NCBI GenBank assembly: GCA_965140585.1
Contig: OZ223264.1
Location: 576,001-640,000, forward strand
DNA: 64,000 nt
Direction: 5' to 3'
DNA from: Spirochaetia bacterium
Lineage (GTDB): Bacteria; Spirochaetota; Spirochaetia; UBA9216
Both the position numbers and the translations under genes were made by a program. Below are positions 21,081 through 31,502 of this stretch, one piece after another; position 1 is the first letter of the stretch, and each line of letters opens with the position of its first letter. The notes under the pieces were generated by a model. The model saw nothing but the letters and a program-made list of their open reading frames with translations, ran no database searches and was not told the origin of the DNA.

Positions 21081-23093
21081 ATGGATAATCCTTTAGTATC
21101 AATTTTTATTGAAGAAGCCGAAGAAAATATTGAAATTCTTGAAGCACGGATCATTACTCTAGAGAAAAATCCGGATGACAGTGAAGTAATTAATGAAGCA
21201 TTCAGGGCGATGCATTCTCTTAAAGGCGGTGCCGGTCTTGCCGGGTTCAATAAGATAAAGGATTTTTCCCATAAAGCTGAAGATCTTTTTGAAAGTATCA
21301 GAAGCGGAAGTCTCAGAATAACCAAAGATATAGTGACCGTTCTGCTTGAGACCATGGATGTTCTTAAAGCGATGATCAGTAATATCAAGATTGAGGCTGA
21401 AGCTGATGATGGGCTGGACAGTTCCGCTGTTTTAGGAAAGATTCTAAATCTGCTGGAAGCTGAGCCTCAGGAATCGAGTGAGCAGGCAGTGCCGGATGCT
21501 GCTGCAAGCCGTATTTATTTTTTAAAATTGGAATATTATCCCGAGATTTTTAAGAGCGGTATAGATCCTCTAATGTTTATAAATGATCTTGCTGCCGTCG
21601 GAGAAATTCTGGAACTTGAGCTTGATACACACGAGCTTTCAGCATTAAAAGATTTTGACCCCGAAAATCTTTATCTGTCATGGCGGCTTTTCTTTAAAAC
21701 AGAGCTGGATATAAAAGCGATTGAAGATGTTTTCTGCTTTGTAATAGATGAGAGCAGTATTCAGGTTTCAGAGATTGTCGCGGAAAAACTTGGAACCGAA
21801 GAATATCAGTCATTTACAGTGAAAAATAAAAGTGCCGAAGAATTTATGGATTCACCTCCAACCCTTTCTGTTTCAGACTCGGGGGGCGAACCGGAAAAGC
21901 AGGTTTATAGAAGAGCTTCAGATCTTAATTCCGGCTCCTATATTCGTGTTCCTACGGAAAAGCTTGAAAATATTTTCAATACCGTAAGTGAATTAATCGT
22001 TTCCCAGGCCAGGATCAGCATGCTCTCCGAAGAGTATGAGGAAAGCCTGCCTGATAATTTTATCGCAGTTACTGATACGCTCAAAAATATTACCCAGCTT
22101 CTTCAGGAGCAAGTCACTACACTTAGAATGATTAGTCTAAGCGGAACCTTCGATCGTTTTAAGAGAGTTGTACGTGATATTGCTAATGACCTCGGAAAGA
22201 AAGTTAATCTTGAGATTTCCGGACAGGATACGGAACTAGATAAAAATATGATCGAGAAACTAAATGATCCGCTTAAGCATATTGTCCGCAACTGCATTGA
22301 TCACGGGATAGAAACTGAAGAAGAGCGTCTTAAAGCCGGAAAGCAGCCTGAAGGGATGCTGAAGCTTGCTGCATATATTGAAAGCGGCAAGGTTGTTATT
22401 GAGATTGCTGATGACGGAAAGGGGATCGATAGGGAAAAGATTATTGCAAAGGCTGTTGAACGGGAATTGATTCAGCCTAATTCGCAGCTTTCTGATGGAG
22501 AGATCCTTAACCTGATTTTTCATCCAGGCCTTTCAACCGCAGAGAATATAACGGATCTGTCCGGCCGCGGTGTGGGTATGGATGTTGTAAAGAATGCAAT
22601 TACCGAGCTTAATGGTTCAATCGATATAGAATCACTGGAAGGGCAGGGAACTGTTTTTAGATTATTTCTTCCTCTCACGCTTGCAATAATGGATGGAATG
22701 CTTGTTTCGATTGGTTTGGAAAAATATATAATTCCGACACTTTCAATTCTTGAAATATTCAGACCTGAAGAATGGCAGCTTAAGACAATAGCAGGAAGAG
22801 GCGAGGTGGTTTTTTTCAGGGGGGATCAGATTCCTGTAATACGCCTCCATGAAATTCTGAAGATTGAAAAAGCGGAACAAAATCCGCTGGTTGCTGAACT
22901 TATTGTGATAAACAATAACGGAATGAAAGTGGCGATGCTTGTTGATAATGTTCTTGAACAGTTCCAGATAGTACTCAAATCATTACAGAAAAATTTCCGC
23001 AGGGTTGATAATATATCCAGCGCTACCATTCTTGGAAACGGTGATGTCGCTCTTATTCTGGATATACAGGGGATTTTTTCCAAAAGAGTATAA
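21081..23093 (+). CDS. cheA: Chemotaxis histidine kinase CheA
   Basis: FRAMHSLKG (P1), HIVRNCIDHGIE, SGRGVGMDVV, C-terminal CheW-like domain. Confidence 0.97.
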   Translation: MDNPLVSIFIEEAEENIEILEARIITLEKNPDDSEVINEAFRAMHSLKGGAGLAGFNKIKDFSHKAEDLFESIRSGSLRITKDIVTVLLETMDVLKAMISNIKIEAEADDGLDSSAVLGKILNLLEAEPQESSEQAVPDAAASRIYFLKLEYYPEIFKSGIDPLMFINDLAAVGEILELELDTHELSALKDFDPENLYLSWRLFFKTELDIKAIEDVFCFVIDESSIQVSEIVAEKLGTEEYQSFTVKNKSAEEFMDSPPTLSVSDSGGEPEKQVYRRASDLNSGSYIRVPTEKLENIFNTVSELIVSQARISMLSEEYEESLPDNFIAVTDTLKNITQLLQEQVTTLRMISLSGTFDRFKRVVRDIANDLGKKVNLEISGQDTELDKNMIEKLNDPLKHIVRNCIDHGIETEEERLKAGKQPEGMLKLAAYIESGKVVIEIADDGKGIDREKIIAKAVERELIQPNSQLSDGEILNLIFHPGLSTAENITDLSGRGVGMDVVKNAITELNGSIDIESLEGQGTVFRLFLPLTLAIMDGMLVSIGLEKYIIPTLSILEIFRPEEWQLKTIAGRGEVVFFRGDQIPVIRLHEILKIEKAEQNPLVAELIVINNNGMKVAMLVDNVLEQFQIVLKSLQKNFRRVDNISSATILGNGDVALILDIQGIFSKRV

Positions 23094-23097
23094 AGAG

Positions 23098-23706
23098 GTG
23101 TATAGAAAATTTGATTCAAAACTGAAAAGTCAGGTGTTGACAATATTCTCCGGCGAATACTTTGTGAGTTCCGGCGGTGAAATTATTTCAACAGTTCTAG
23201 GTTCATGTATCGCTGTATGTTTGTATGATGAAATTTCCGGAGTCGGCGGAATGAACCACTTTATGCTTCCGGATGAAAGCGGTGAAAAGAAACTTCATCT
23301 CGACGGAGCTACCCTGCAGAATGATGAACTGACTCAAAAATCAATGAGATACGGAATAACTTCAATGGAAGTTCTGATTGCTGAAATGATGAAAGCCGGG
23401 GCCTCACGAAACCGGCTGAAAGCAAAGATTTTCGGCGGAGGAAAGGTTTTGAAATCCTCTGCAACACTTACCAGCGTCGGAGACCGTAATATCGGTTTCA
23501 CAAAAGCCTTTCTTCATACAGAAGGCATTCAGATTATTAAGGAAGATGTCGGGGATTTTTACGGTAGAAAGATATTCTTTCTGACCGGAAAGAACAGTAT
23601 TTTTGTTAAACGTGTTGAGATCGAGCCGGCTGTTGCGGAAGAACGCCGTTATCTTGAGAAGCTTGAGACTCTCCGTGTCAAAAAAACGGATATTACTCTA
23701 TTTTAG
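23098..23706 (+). CDS. cheD: Chemoreceptor glutamine deamidase CheD
   Basis: STVLGSCIAVC, GGMNHFMLP, AKIFGGG; GTG start at 23098. Confidence 0.93.
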   Translation: MYRKFDSKLKSQVLTIFSGEYFVSSGGEIISTVLGSCIAVCLYDEISGVGGMNHFMLPDESGEKKLHLDGATLQNDELTQKSMRYGITSMEVLIAEMMKAGASRNRLKAKIFGGGKVLKSSATLTSVGDRNIGFTKAFLHTEGIQIIKEDVGDFYGRKIFFLTGKNSIFVKRVEIEPAVAEERRYLEKLETLRVKKTDITLF

Positions 23707-23715
23707 GATTTTGAA

Positions 23716-24531
23716 ATGTTTGAACTTGCGGATCGGGAATTCAGATATATAGCAGACGCACTTTATGATTTTGCAAAAATTAATCTGACTGAAAAGAAAA
23801 GATCGCTTGTTATTTCAAGGCTATCCAGACGTATCCGCGCTACCGGATTAAACAGTTTTCCAGAGTATGTTGAGTATTTGAAAAATGAAGATCCGGACAG
23901 GGCGGAGTTTATGAAAATGGTTGATGCCATGTCGACCAATTATTCATTATTTTTCAGGGAACCATATCATTTTGATTTTCTTACTGATAACATTCTTCGC
24001 TCATTTGATGGAAGTGAACTTAAGATATGGTCAGCTGCCTCATCAACCGGGCAGGAAATTTATTCCATTCTGATGACTCTGCTTGAATTTGAACGGATAA
24101 AACAGAAAAGGATTCAGTTTCGGCTGTATGCCTCCGATATTTCAACCGATGTCCTTCGGTCAGCTGCAGCTGGAATCTACAGTAGTAAGGATATTGAGAA
24201 AGTCGAACCGGAGCTTTTAAAACGCTATTTTCTAAAAGGAAGCAGCTCGAAAGCCGGAATGGTGAAAATTAAAAATGAGCTGATACGCAGGGTGAAATTT
24301 TTCAGGTTAAACCTTAATGATGAAAAATTTCAAATACCGCTGATGGATGTAATTTTTCTGAGGAATGTAGTGATCTATTTTGACAAGCCGACAAAGATTG
24401 AACTTATTGCGAGACTTCATGATTATCTGAAGCCCGGAGGGTATCTTTTTCTCGGTCACAGTGAATCGCTCTCCGGTATTTCTGATCAGTTTGTAAATGT
24501 CGGTAAAACGGTTTACAGAAGGAAGGACTGA
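23716..24531 (+). CDS. cheR: Chemotaxis methyltransferase CheR
   Basis: TNYSLFFREPYHF, IWSAASSTGQEIYS, FLRNVVIYFD, LGHSES. Confidence 0.95.
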   Translation: MFELADREFRYIADALYDFAKINLTEKKRSLVISRLSRRIRATGLNSFPEYVEYLKNEDPDRAEFMKMVDAMSTNYSLFFREPYHFDFLTDNILRSFDGSELKIWSAASSTGQEIYSILMTLLEFERIKQKRIQFRLYASDISTDVLRSAAAGIYSSKDIEKVEPELLKRYFLKGSSSKAGMVKIKNELIRRVKFFRLNLNDEKFQIPLMDVIFLRNVVIYFDKPTKIELIARLHDYLKPGGYLFLGHSESLSGISDQFVNVGKTVYRRKD

Positions 24532-25598
24532 TGATAAATGTACTTATTGTTGATGACTCCGCTTTGGTTAGAAAGGTTATAACCGAAATTGTGGACAGGA
24601 CGGACGGAATGAAGATTGCGGCCGCTGCCTTTGATCCTGTGTTTGCGATTGAGAAACTTAAGACAATTGAAGTAGATGTAATTGTTCTGGATATTGAAAT
24701 GCCGCGTATGGATGGACTGACTTTTCTCAGGAGACTGATGGGGGCTCAACCGCTTCCTGTTATAATCCTTTCTTCGCTGGCTACTAAAAACGCAGACGTT
24801 ACACTTCAGGCCTTTGAATTGGGCGCTTTTGAAGTGATAACAAAACCTGACGATATTCTTCAGCTTCCTGAACTGGAGCATAAACTTGTAGAAACTATTC
24901 AGCAGGCAGCATCGGGGTCTGTTAAGGAAAAGCTGATAAACCGTTTTAAAAAATATGGAGCCTCAGCCTCAGTCCCCGAAAAAACTGTGCACACTGAATC
25001 TTATTTTACCGGAACGACAAGAACCACCGATAAAATTATTGTAATTGGTTCATCGACCGGAGGAACTACCGCCATACAGGATATCCTTTCAGGTTTGCCG
25101 GTTGATGTCCCGGGCATTGTTATTGTTCAGCATATGCCTGTTCAGTTCACATTAGCCTTTGCCAACAGACTTAACTCACTTCTGCATTTTACTGTTAAAC
25201 TCGGAGAGTCCGGTGAGCAGATAAAACCCGGCTTTGTATATATAGCTCCCGGTGATACCCATTGTTCCATAATGAGTTCGGGTGCAAAATATCTCATCAA
25301 GCTGAGAGACGGGCCGCGGGTTAATTATCATAAACCTTCAGTCTCAATGCTTTTTAATTCGGCTGCCAATTATGCAGGCCGTAATGCTGTCGGAGTAATG
25401 CTGACGGGAATGGGTGATGACGGTGCAATGGCCATGAAAAAAATGAAGGATGCCGGCAGCTATAATATTGTTCAGGATGAAGCCTCCAGTGTAGTCTGGG
25501 GGATGCCTGGAAAGGCTGTAGAGTACGGTGCCGCTGATATAGTTCTACCCCTCGGAAAAATTGCGCCAGAGATATGCAGAGCCCTAGATAAGATGTAA
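24531..25598 (+). CDS. cheB: Chemotaxis methylesterase CheB
   Basis: REC domain plus GSSTGG, VQHMP, LTGMGDDG, VVWGMP. Confidence 0.96.
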   Translation: MINVLIVDDSALVRKVITEIVDRTDGMKIAAAAFDPVFAIEKLKTIEVDVIVLDIEMPRMDGLTFLRRLMGAQPLPVIILSSLATKNADVTLQAFELGAFEVITKPDDILQLPELEHKLVETIQQAASGSVKEKLINRFKKYGASASVPEKTVHTESYFTGTTRTTDKIIVIGSSTGGTTAIQDILSGLPVDVPGIVIVQHMPVQFTLAFANRLNSLLHFTVKLGESGEQIKPGFVYIAPGDTHCSIMSSGAKYLIKLRDGPRVNYHKPSVSMLFNSAANYAGRNAVGVMLTGMGDDGAMAMKKMKDAGSYNIVQDEASSVVWGMPGKAVEYGAADIVLPLGKIAPEICRALDKM

Positions 25599-25612
25599 TT
25601 ACAGGAGGAGAT

Positions 25613-25930
25613 ATGAATATCGATGTAACACAGGAAGGCAGTTCAACTATTGTTGTAGTTGATACAGATGCCCTGATTAAAGATGAGGCTATGGTCTTTA
25701 AAAAAAGAATGGTTGAACTTTTAGATTCCGGACAAAATCAATTGAAAATAGATTTGCACCGGACAAAATTTATTGACAGTTCCGGGATCGGAAAACTGCT
25801 GTTTCTGAATAAAAAACTCGGACAGTCTGGTGGAAGCCTTGAGATTTCTGCAATAAGTCCTGAATTGTATGATTTTCTTGATTCTCTTGCCATAACGAAA
25901 GTTATAAAGATTATTAAGCCCGGCTCCTGA
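25613..25930 (+). CDS. STAS anti-sigma-factor antagonist (SpoIIAA/RsbV-like)
   Basis: FIDSSGIGKLL with the phosphorylatable Ser. Confidence 0.85.
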   Translation: MNIDVTQEGSSTIVVVDTDALIKDEAMVFKKRMVELLDSGQNQLKIDLHRTKFIDSSGIGKLLFLNKKLGQSGGSLEISAISPELYDFLDSLAITKVIKIIKPGS

Positions 25931-25979
25931 ACTTAATTAAAAATTGCATTCTTAGATTGCCTCGGATATAATTATTTAC

Positions 25980-27181
25980 GTGAACAGAAAAAGTGCTGAA
26001 GAAATAGTTCAGACTGTTCTTCTGATTGGTAACGACGAAAAAAGATCTTCCTTTTCCGGCTCTCTGGAGGATTTGGTGTTTGAAATAGTAAGAGAGCGCT
26101 TTTTCCCACAGGACCTGCAGGCATTGATGTACATCGAACTTGATTTGATAATAATCGAACTGACAGGTATTCCGGGAAATATTGACTATCAAAAGATTTC
26201 AGATATTCTTATGCTAAGCAGCACGCCGGTGCTCGCCGTTCCCGATACGTCAGTTCCGGAAGCTCTTAAGCCGTTTTCTGTAGTGTACTCCGGTATTATT
26301 CCTGCCATAATAGATAATACACTTAGGCTTCATATTTACGGAAAGACTGAAGTTGAAAATGAATTAAAACTTCTTTCTATGAAATCTGATTTTTGCGGAG
26401 AGAATGCTGAACTGTCTTTTTCGGATCTCTTTGATCTGAAGGAAATTCAAATTCTTCAGGATCAGTTTGCTGCGGCAACCGGTGTTGCCTCGTTAATTAC
26501 TAACCCGGAGGGAATCCCGATAACACGGCCAAGCAGGTTTAATGATATTGAAAGGAAAACCGAGAAGGGCAGGGCGAACTGTTTTAATCCCGACGGACCT
26601 ATTATCCATGAATGTTTCAGCTGCGGCTTCTGGGACGCCTGTGCAAGTATAAGTGTCGGTGGGCGGCAAATTGCAAACTGGCTCATCGGTCAGGTTTGCA
26701 ATGAGAAAATCAATGAAGCCGAAATAATAGGTTATGCTGATGAGATTGGGGTGTCAAGACAGGTATTCAGCGAGATCTTCAAAGAAGTTCCCTTCATGGA
26801 TGAAGCAAGATTCCGAGGAATTGCCGAGTTCCTGTTTTCAATTGCAAATAATTTATCCCTTATTGTATTTCAAAACCTCAAGCAGGCAGGGTATATTTCA
26901 GAAATGGATAAGGCCGCGCAGGAACTGCTTACGAATGCATTGAAGTGCGCATATCCGTAGAGGCTCAGATTAGGATTGAGGTAAATCTTAAACTGAATAA
27001 TCGTGGTCTCTCCGTTGTTGTCGGAGATTTCGGTTGCGGTCTTAAACCTGGATTTTCCGATAAGGATAAGGGTACCGGATTGCAGATTATTGATATTTTT
27101 ACACAGGAACTGGACAGCCGGATTGAAATATCAGGTCAGGATGGTGTTTAGGCAGAGTGTACGCTTCCGGATATCATGTAG
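25980..27181 (+). pseudogene. Decayed PocR-domain histidine kinase
   Basis: PocR motifs (LQDQFAAATGVAS, WDACASI, NWLIGQV) run straight into HATPase ELLTNALKCAYP with no His box; 1-nt frameshift near 26957; in-frame TAG at 27149. Confidence 0.7.
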
Positions 27182-27205
27182 CATATAAATTTAATATAGG
27201 AGAAA

Positions 27206-27658
27206 GTGATGGCAGAAACAGTGATAATGTCTGAGAATGGTCTGTCCGTTCTTTTCAGTAATCTTTCAAAAGCCGCTGAGAAACAGCAGCTTTCCGGGCT
27301 GTCTGAAAAGTACAGCCGTCTCTCGGAACAGTATATGAGCGAAGCAGCTGATATGGATCTGGCAGAAGTTAGGGATGCATTAAGCAGAAGCCTGGCCGGG
27401 GATTATCCGGCCTGTAAGGCGGCTGCTGAGGCTAAGGCTGACCGGGGAGTTCTTCGTTCGCTTGTCTGGGGAGAGAAGGTTACAACCATAGAAAAAAGTC
27501 TCATCGACCGCTACCTGTCAAAGGGAGAGTCCCTGCTTGAAGGCAAGAATCTGTATGTTTGTGAAGCCTGCGGATTTATTTTTCTGGGAGCGGATGTTCC
27601 TGAAATATGTCCTGTATGCAAGGCTCCGTCATCCCGTTTTTCAGTGGTTAAGGAGTAA
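27206..27658 (+). CDS. Rubredoxin-like domain protein (rubrerythrin-type C-terminus)
   Basis: YVCEACGFIF...CPVCKAP. Confidence 0.8.
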   Translation: MMAETVIMSENGLSVLFSNLSKAAEKQQLSGLSEKYSRLSEQYMSEAADMDLAEVRDALSRSLAGDYPACKAAAEAKADRGVLRSLVWGEKVTTIEKSLIDRYLSKGESLLEGKNLYVCEACGFIFLGADVPEICPVCKAPSSRFSVVKE

Positions 27659-27661
27659 AAT

Positions 27662-28090
27662 ATGTATGCTTCCAGAAATATCAGATTATGTACAAAAGAC
27701 TGCCTCTGCCTTTTTGTATGTCCCACAGGTGCAACCGATACAGAAAACGGTCAGATAGATAAGTCACGTTGCCTTGACGGCTGCAGACGCTGTGTTGATG
27801 CCTGCCCTTCTCATGCAATATCTCTTGTTTTCGAGAACTATCCGGAACCGCTGGAGAAGGATCCGGAACTTGCCGCTCTGATGATCGATATGCTTGAAAC
27901 GAAGGCCGCTCTTGAAGCTGCTGTTGCCGGGCTGCTTCATCATTCCGGTGAAGCCGGTGCCTCCCGGCTGCTTTCTGCATTGAGGAAGTCTCTGAGGATT
28001 ACTGCTGAAGACTGTGCCCGTGAAGCGGGGTATATGCTTCCGCAGTGTAAGGCGGTAAGAGACCTCCATGCAAAACTCGGTATTGATTAG
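27662..28090 (+). CDS. 4Fe-4S ferredoxin-domain protein
   Basis: CTKDCLCLFVCP and CLDGCRRCVDACP. Confidence 0.82.
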   Translation: MYASRNIRLCTKDCLCLFVCPTGATDTENGQIDKSRCLDGCRRCVDACPSHAISLVFENYPEPLEKDPELAALMIDMLETKAALEAAVAGLLHHSGEAGASRLLSALRKSLRITAEDCAREAGYMLPQCKAVRDLHAKLGID

Positions 28091-28106
28091 AATACACAGA
28101 GTCTGC

Positions 28107-29549
28107 TCAATCACCAAACGGCGGCATGCTGTCGACTCTCCGCATTAAATCTTCAAGGCCGGTCTTTATGTTTTCATCCATAGGTTGTTTTTCAGGTTCA
28201 GCCAGAATCTTCTCAACGCGTTTTCTTGCCCGGCTGTACATGTCCTGACGGCCGGCAGATTCCCATACTTCGAAGGCGTCGCCGTCAGTCAGCTCCTGCG
28301 TCAGAAATTCACTGCTTCTGCATGCCTCCAGAGTAGAGTCCTGCATCAGGTAATGTCCCCCGGGGCCTACCTCCTTAATGTCGCTGAAGTAATTTTTGGC
28401 GGGGGACGAGTCAATCCCGGCCCGGAGTCTCTGGGCATAATTGATAATTTCATCATCAACTACAATCTGCTCAAGCGTTATGCAGTTGCTTGTCTCTATG
28501 GCGCCGGGCCCCTGCAGCAGATCAACTCCGCTGTTTAGCAGCGGTATAGTTGTGAGTGTTTTTTCAAGGATGGCCTGAGCCCCGTGCTGTTTGGCATCAG
28601 TCAGGCAGCCTGCCTGTTCATTCGGTAATCCGTAAAATCTTGCCATTTCTCCGCAGGCTGCAGTCATCAGTATAGTTTCCGGAACTCCTTCAAGGAAATT
28701 ACCATTTCTGAAATTGGTTGACCCTACGGCATTTCCCATGATAAAGGGAGTTCCAGGCCTTGCCATTTCAAAAAGCACCAGGGCAGATAATGCCTCTGCG
28801 TTGGCAACTGCTGTATTTGAATACAGGCTTGCAGGTCCGGTTGAGCCGGCTCCGGGCATTGGATAGACACATATCGGGATTCCCAGGGGGAGTGATTCAA
28901 GATAGGTTTCACACATATGCCTGTCATGTCCGAGTGGAGGGTTTGTGCAGTAGGTGAATGAATAGAGTTTTCTGCGTATTGTTTCCTCTTCACTTCCGGT
29001 TATCATGTTAAGAGCTTCGGCCATGAGGGCTACTTCACCGGGATGCCAGAGCTCACTTTGGACGTGCAGTGATGTTGACATAAGTGTGTAAATATCCTGC
29101 CGGAATTCTCTGCTGTGTTCAGGCCTCTCAGGTTCCTGTATAGTTGCAGGCCATACAATTGTTGCCCACCTGGATGCTTCATAAACCTTGTTGAAGTTAT
29201 AGAGATCCTCAAGAACGCATTCTCTCCTTGCTCCGGTATTGAAGTCGAGAGTGAACACCCCTGAATTATCGAGTACTGTTCCGGAAGGGCCTGCAGCAGG
29301 CATTGCAAAGTTTTTTTCGGGGTTTCTTGCTCCCAGAACGAAGTTTTTAGGCGCAAGGCTGAGAGCTTCATTGACCATTTCTTCTGTGATGAAAATTGTT
29401 TCATCAACACAGCTTGCACCCCGCAGTTTAAGTATTTCACGGGCCTTCGGCGACAGGAATTTGATGCCCACGCTGCTCAGAATTTTAAGACTGTCAGCAT
29501 GAATGCGCTGTTTTTCCTCTTCATTCAGAAAGGATGTTGTAGTGAGCAT
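28107..29549 (-). CDS. MttB-superfamily (trimethylamine methyltransferase family) protein, non-pyrrolysine
   Basis: IHADSLKILSSVGI, GSTGPASL, YGLPNEQAGCLTDAK, VGPGGHYL; no in-frame TAG. Confidence 0.85.
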   Translation of the reverse strand: MLTTTSFLNEEEKQRIHADSLKILSSVGIKFLSPKAREILKLRGASCVDETIFITEEMVNEALSLAPKNFVLGARNPEKNFAMPAAGPSGTVLDNSGVFTLDFNTGARRECVLEDLYNFNKVYEASRWATIVWPATIQEPERPEHSREFRQDIYTLMSTSLHVQSELWHPGEVALMAEALNMITGSEEETIRRKLYSFTYCTNPPLGHDRHMCETYLESLPLGIPICVYPMPGAGSTGPASLYSNTAVANAEALSALVLFEMARPGTPFIMGNAVGSTNFRNGNFLEGVPETILMTAACGEMARFYGLPNEQAGCLTDAKQHGAQAILEKTLTTIPLLNSGVDLLQGPGAIETSNCITLEQIVVDDEIINYAQRLRAGIDSSPAKNYFSDIKEVGPGGHYLMQDSTLEACRSSEFLTQELTDGDAFEVWESAGRQDMYSRARKRVEKILAEPEKQPMDENIKTGLEDLMRRVDSMPPFGD

Positions 29550-29715
29550 AAAAAAACTCCATAATTCAAAATACGGAAATCGAAAATATAATACGAATAT
29601 AGAAGCAATGTAGCATGAGATGTTGATATGCGCAAGGTTATTTTACATTTTTGACAATAAATTAACTTGTCATATTTTAAAAAAAATCGAAATACTACGG
29701 CTGAGGTAGAAAAAC

Positions 29716-31483
29716 ATGAATTAAAAATATTGCAGAGCTTATTCTGACAAATGCTTTTGTTTACACGGTTGATGAGAACCGAAGCAGGGCTGAAGCTGTT
29801 GCAGTTAAAGACGGTCGAATTACTGCTGTGGGTACTGCGGACGATATTAAAAAATTTGCAGGAGAATCAACCGAGATTATCGATCTTGAAGGTAAACTGT
29901 TAATGCCTGCCTTTGTTGATTCACATATGCATCCTGCCAGGTGTGCGGTTCCCTACCTGTATCACATTCAGCTTAGAGGTGCTTTTACCAGAGATGAATA
30001 TCTGGTAAGAATCAGAGAGTTTGTTGGGAATAATCCGGATTCCGAATACTAAATCGGAGGCGGATATCTGAGATCTGCATTCGGAGAGGCGGGGCCTGTG
30101 AAAGAAGACCTCGATGCTGTTGTCTCTGATCGGCCGATGGCTCTTGATTCTGTAGACGGGCATTCAGTCTGGGTGAACTCGAAGACTCTTGAAATGGCCG
30201 GCATCACATCTGAAACACCAGATCCCGCAGGCGGTGTAATCAAAAAAGATCCGCTTACAGGCGAACCTACAGGCCTGCTTGCTGAATCGGCCAGAGACCC
30301 TGTCAATGCCCTGTTTCCCGCGCCGACCAAAGAGCAGTATAAGCAGGGGCTTTTGTGGCTGCAAAAATGGTTTAATTCTGTCGGTCTTACCAGCTGTCAT
30401 GACGCAATCGTATACTTTAATCCGGATTATTATAATGCATATGAGGAACTTGCCAGAGAGGGCAGGCTGACTGTCCGCTACCGTGGATCCTGGATGGTTA
30501 CTCCTGAAATGGTCGGCGGAGGAGACGGCCAGGCGGAAGATTTTAAACCCGAGATGTCGCTTGATGAACTGATTTCAAAGGGACTTGAGCTTTCCGGTAC
30601 CTTTCAGACTCCGCACTGGCAGGTACAGTCTTTTAAATTTTTTGTTGACCAGGTAATCGAAGAAGAAACCGGCTACATGAAGGAGCCATATATGCATAGA
30701 GACGACAACTGGTACGGAATAAAAGTCTGGGAGCAGGATTTTCTAAATGAGGCCTTCCGGAAGATCGACGCAGAAGGATATAACCTGCATATTCATCAGA
30801 TTGGCGATGCAGCGGCCTCTTACGGACTTGATGCCCTTGAATACGCCAGAGATAAAAACGGTGAGCGTGATTCACGTCATACCTTTGTGCATGTCCAGGT
30901 AATAGATGATGCAGATGTGAAGCGGATGGCCGATATGGGTATGAATGCAGTGATTGCACCCTACTGGTCAATAATTGATAATTACTACTGGGAGCTTTAT
31001 CATCCCTACCTCGGCGCTGATCGTGCATTTAACAGGCAGTATCCGGGAGCCAGCCTTATGAAAGCCGGACTGAATACATCATTTCATTGTGACTTCTCTG
31101 TAACGGATCCGGATTACGGATGGGCGCTATACAGTGCTGTTACCAGAACTCAGCCTGAAAAAGTATTCAGAGCAGAGCAGGGTCCGGATGCTGATAAAAC
31201 AGTAAGGACAACCGATCATTCAGTAAAGCTTGAGCCTGGAATGATCGGTCCGCTTGGATCTGCTGAGGAATGCATGACAATGGAAGAAGCAGTAGAGGCT
31301 GCAACAATTAATGGTGCAAGGGCCGACTTTCTGGAAAAGGATCTCGGATCAATTGAATCCGGAAAGCTTGCCGATCTTATTGTCCTGGACCGGAATGTAT
31401 TTGAAGCTGATATCGAGGATGTCTCCGAACTGAAGGTTTTAATGACCTTTTTTGAAGGAAAGAAGGTCTTTCAGGCAGAATAA
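29716..31483 (+). pseudogene. Amidohydrolase_3 (YtcJ-like) metallo-hydrolase, disrupted
   Basis: GAGGT SD and ATG 29716 are 1 nt out of frame with NIAELILTNAFVYTVD; PAFVDSHMH; in-frame TAA at 30050 (SEY*IGGG); HQIGD; GSIESGKLADL. Confidence 0.82.
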
Positions 31484-31502
31484 TGTGTATCCATTAAATA
31501 TC

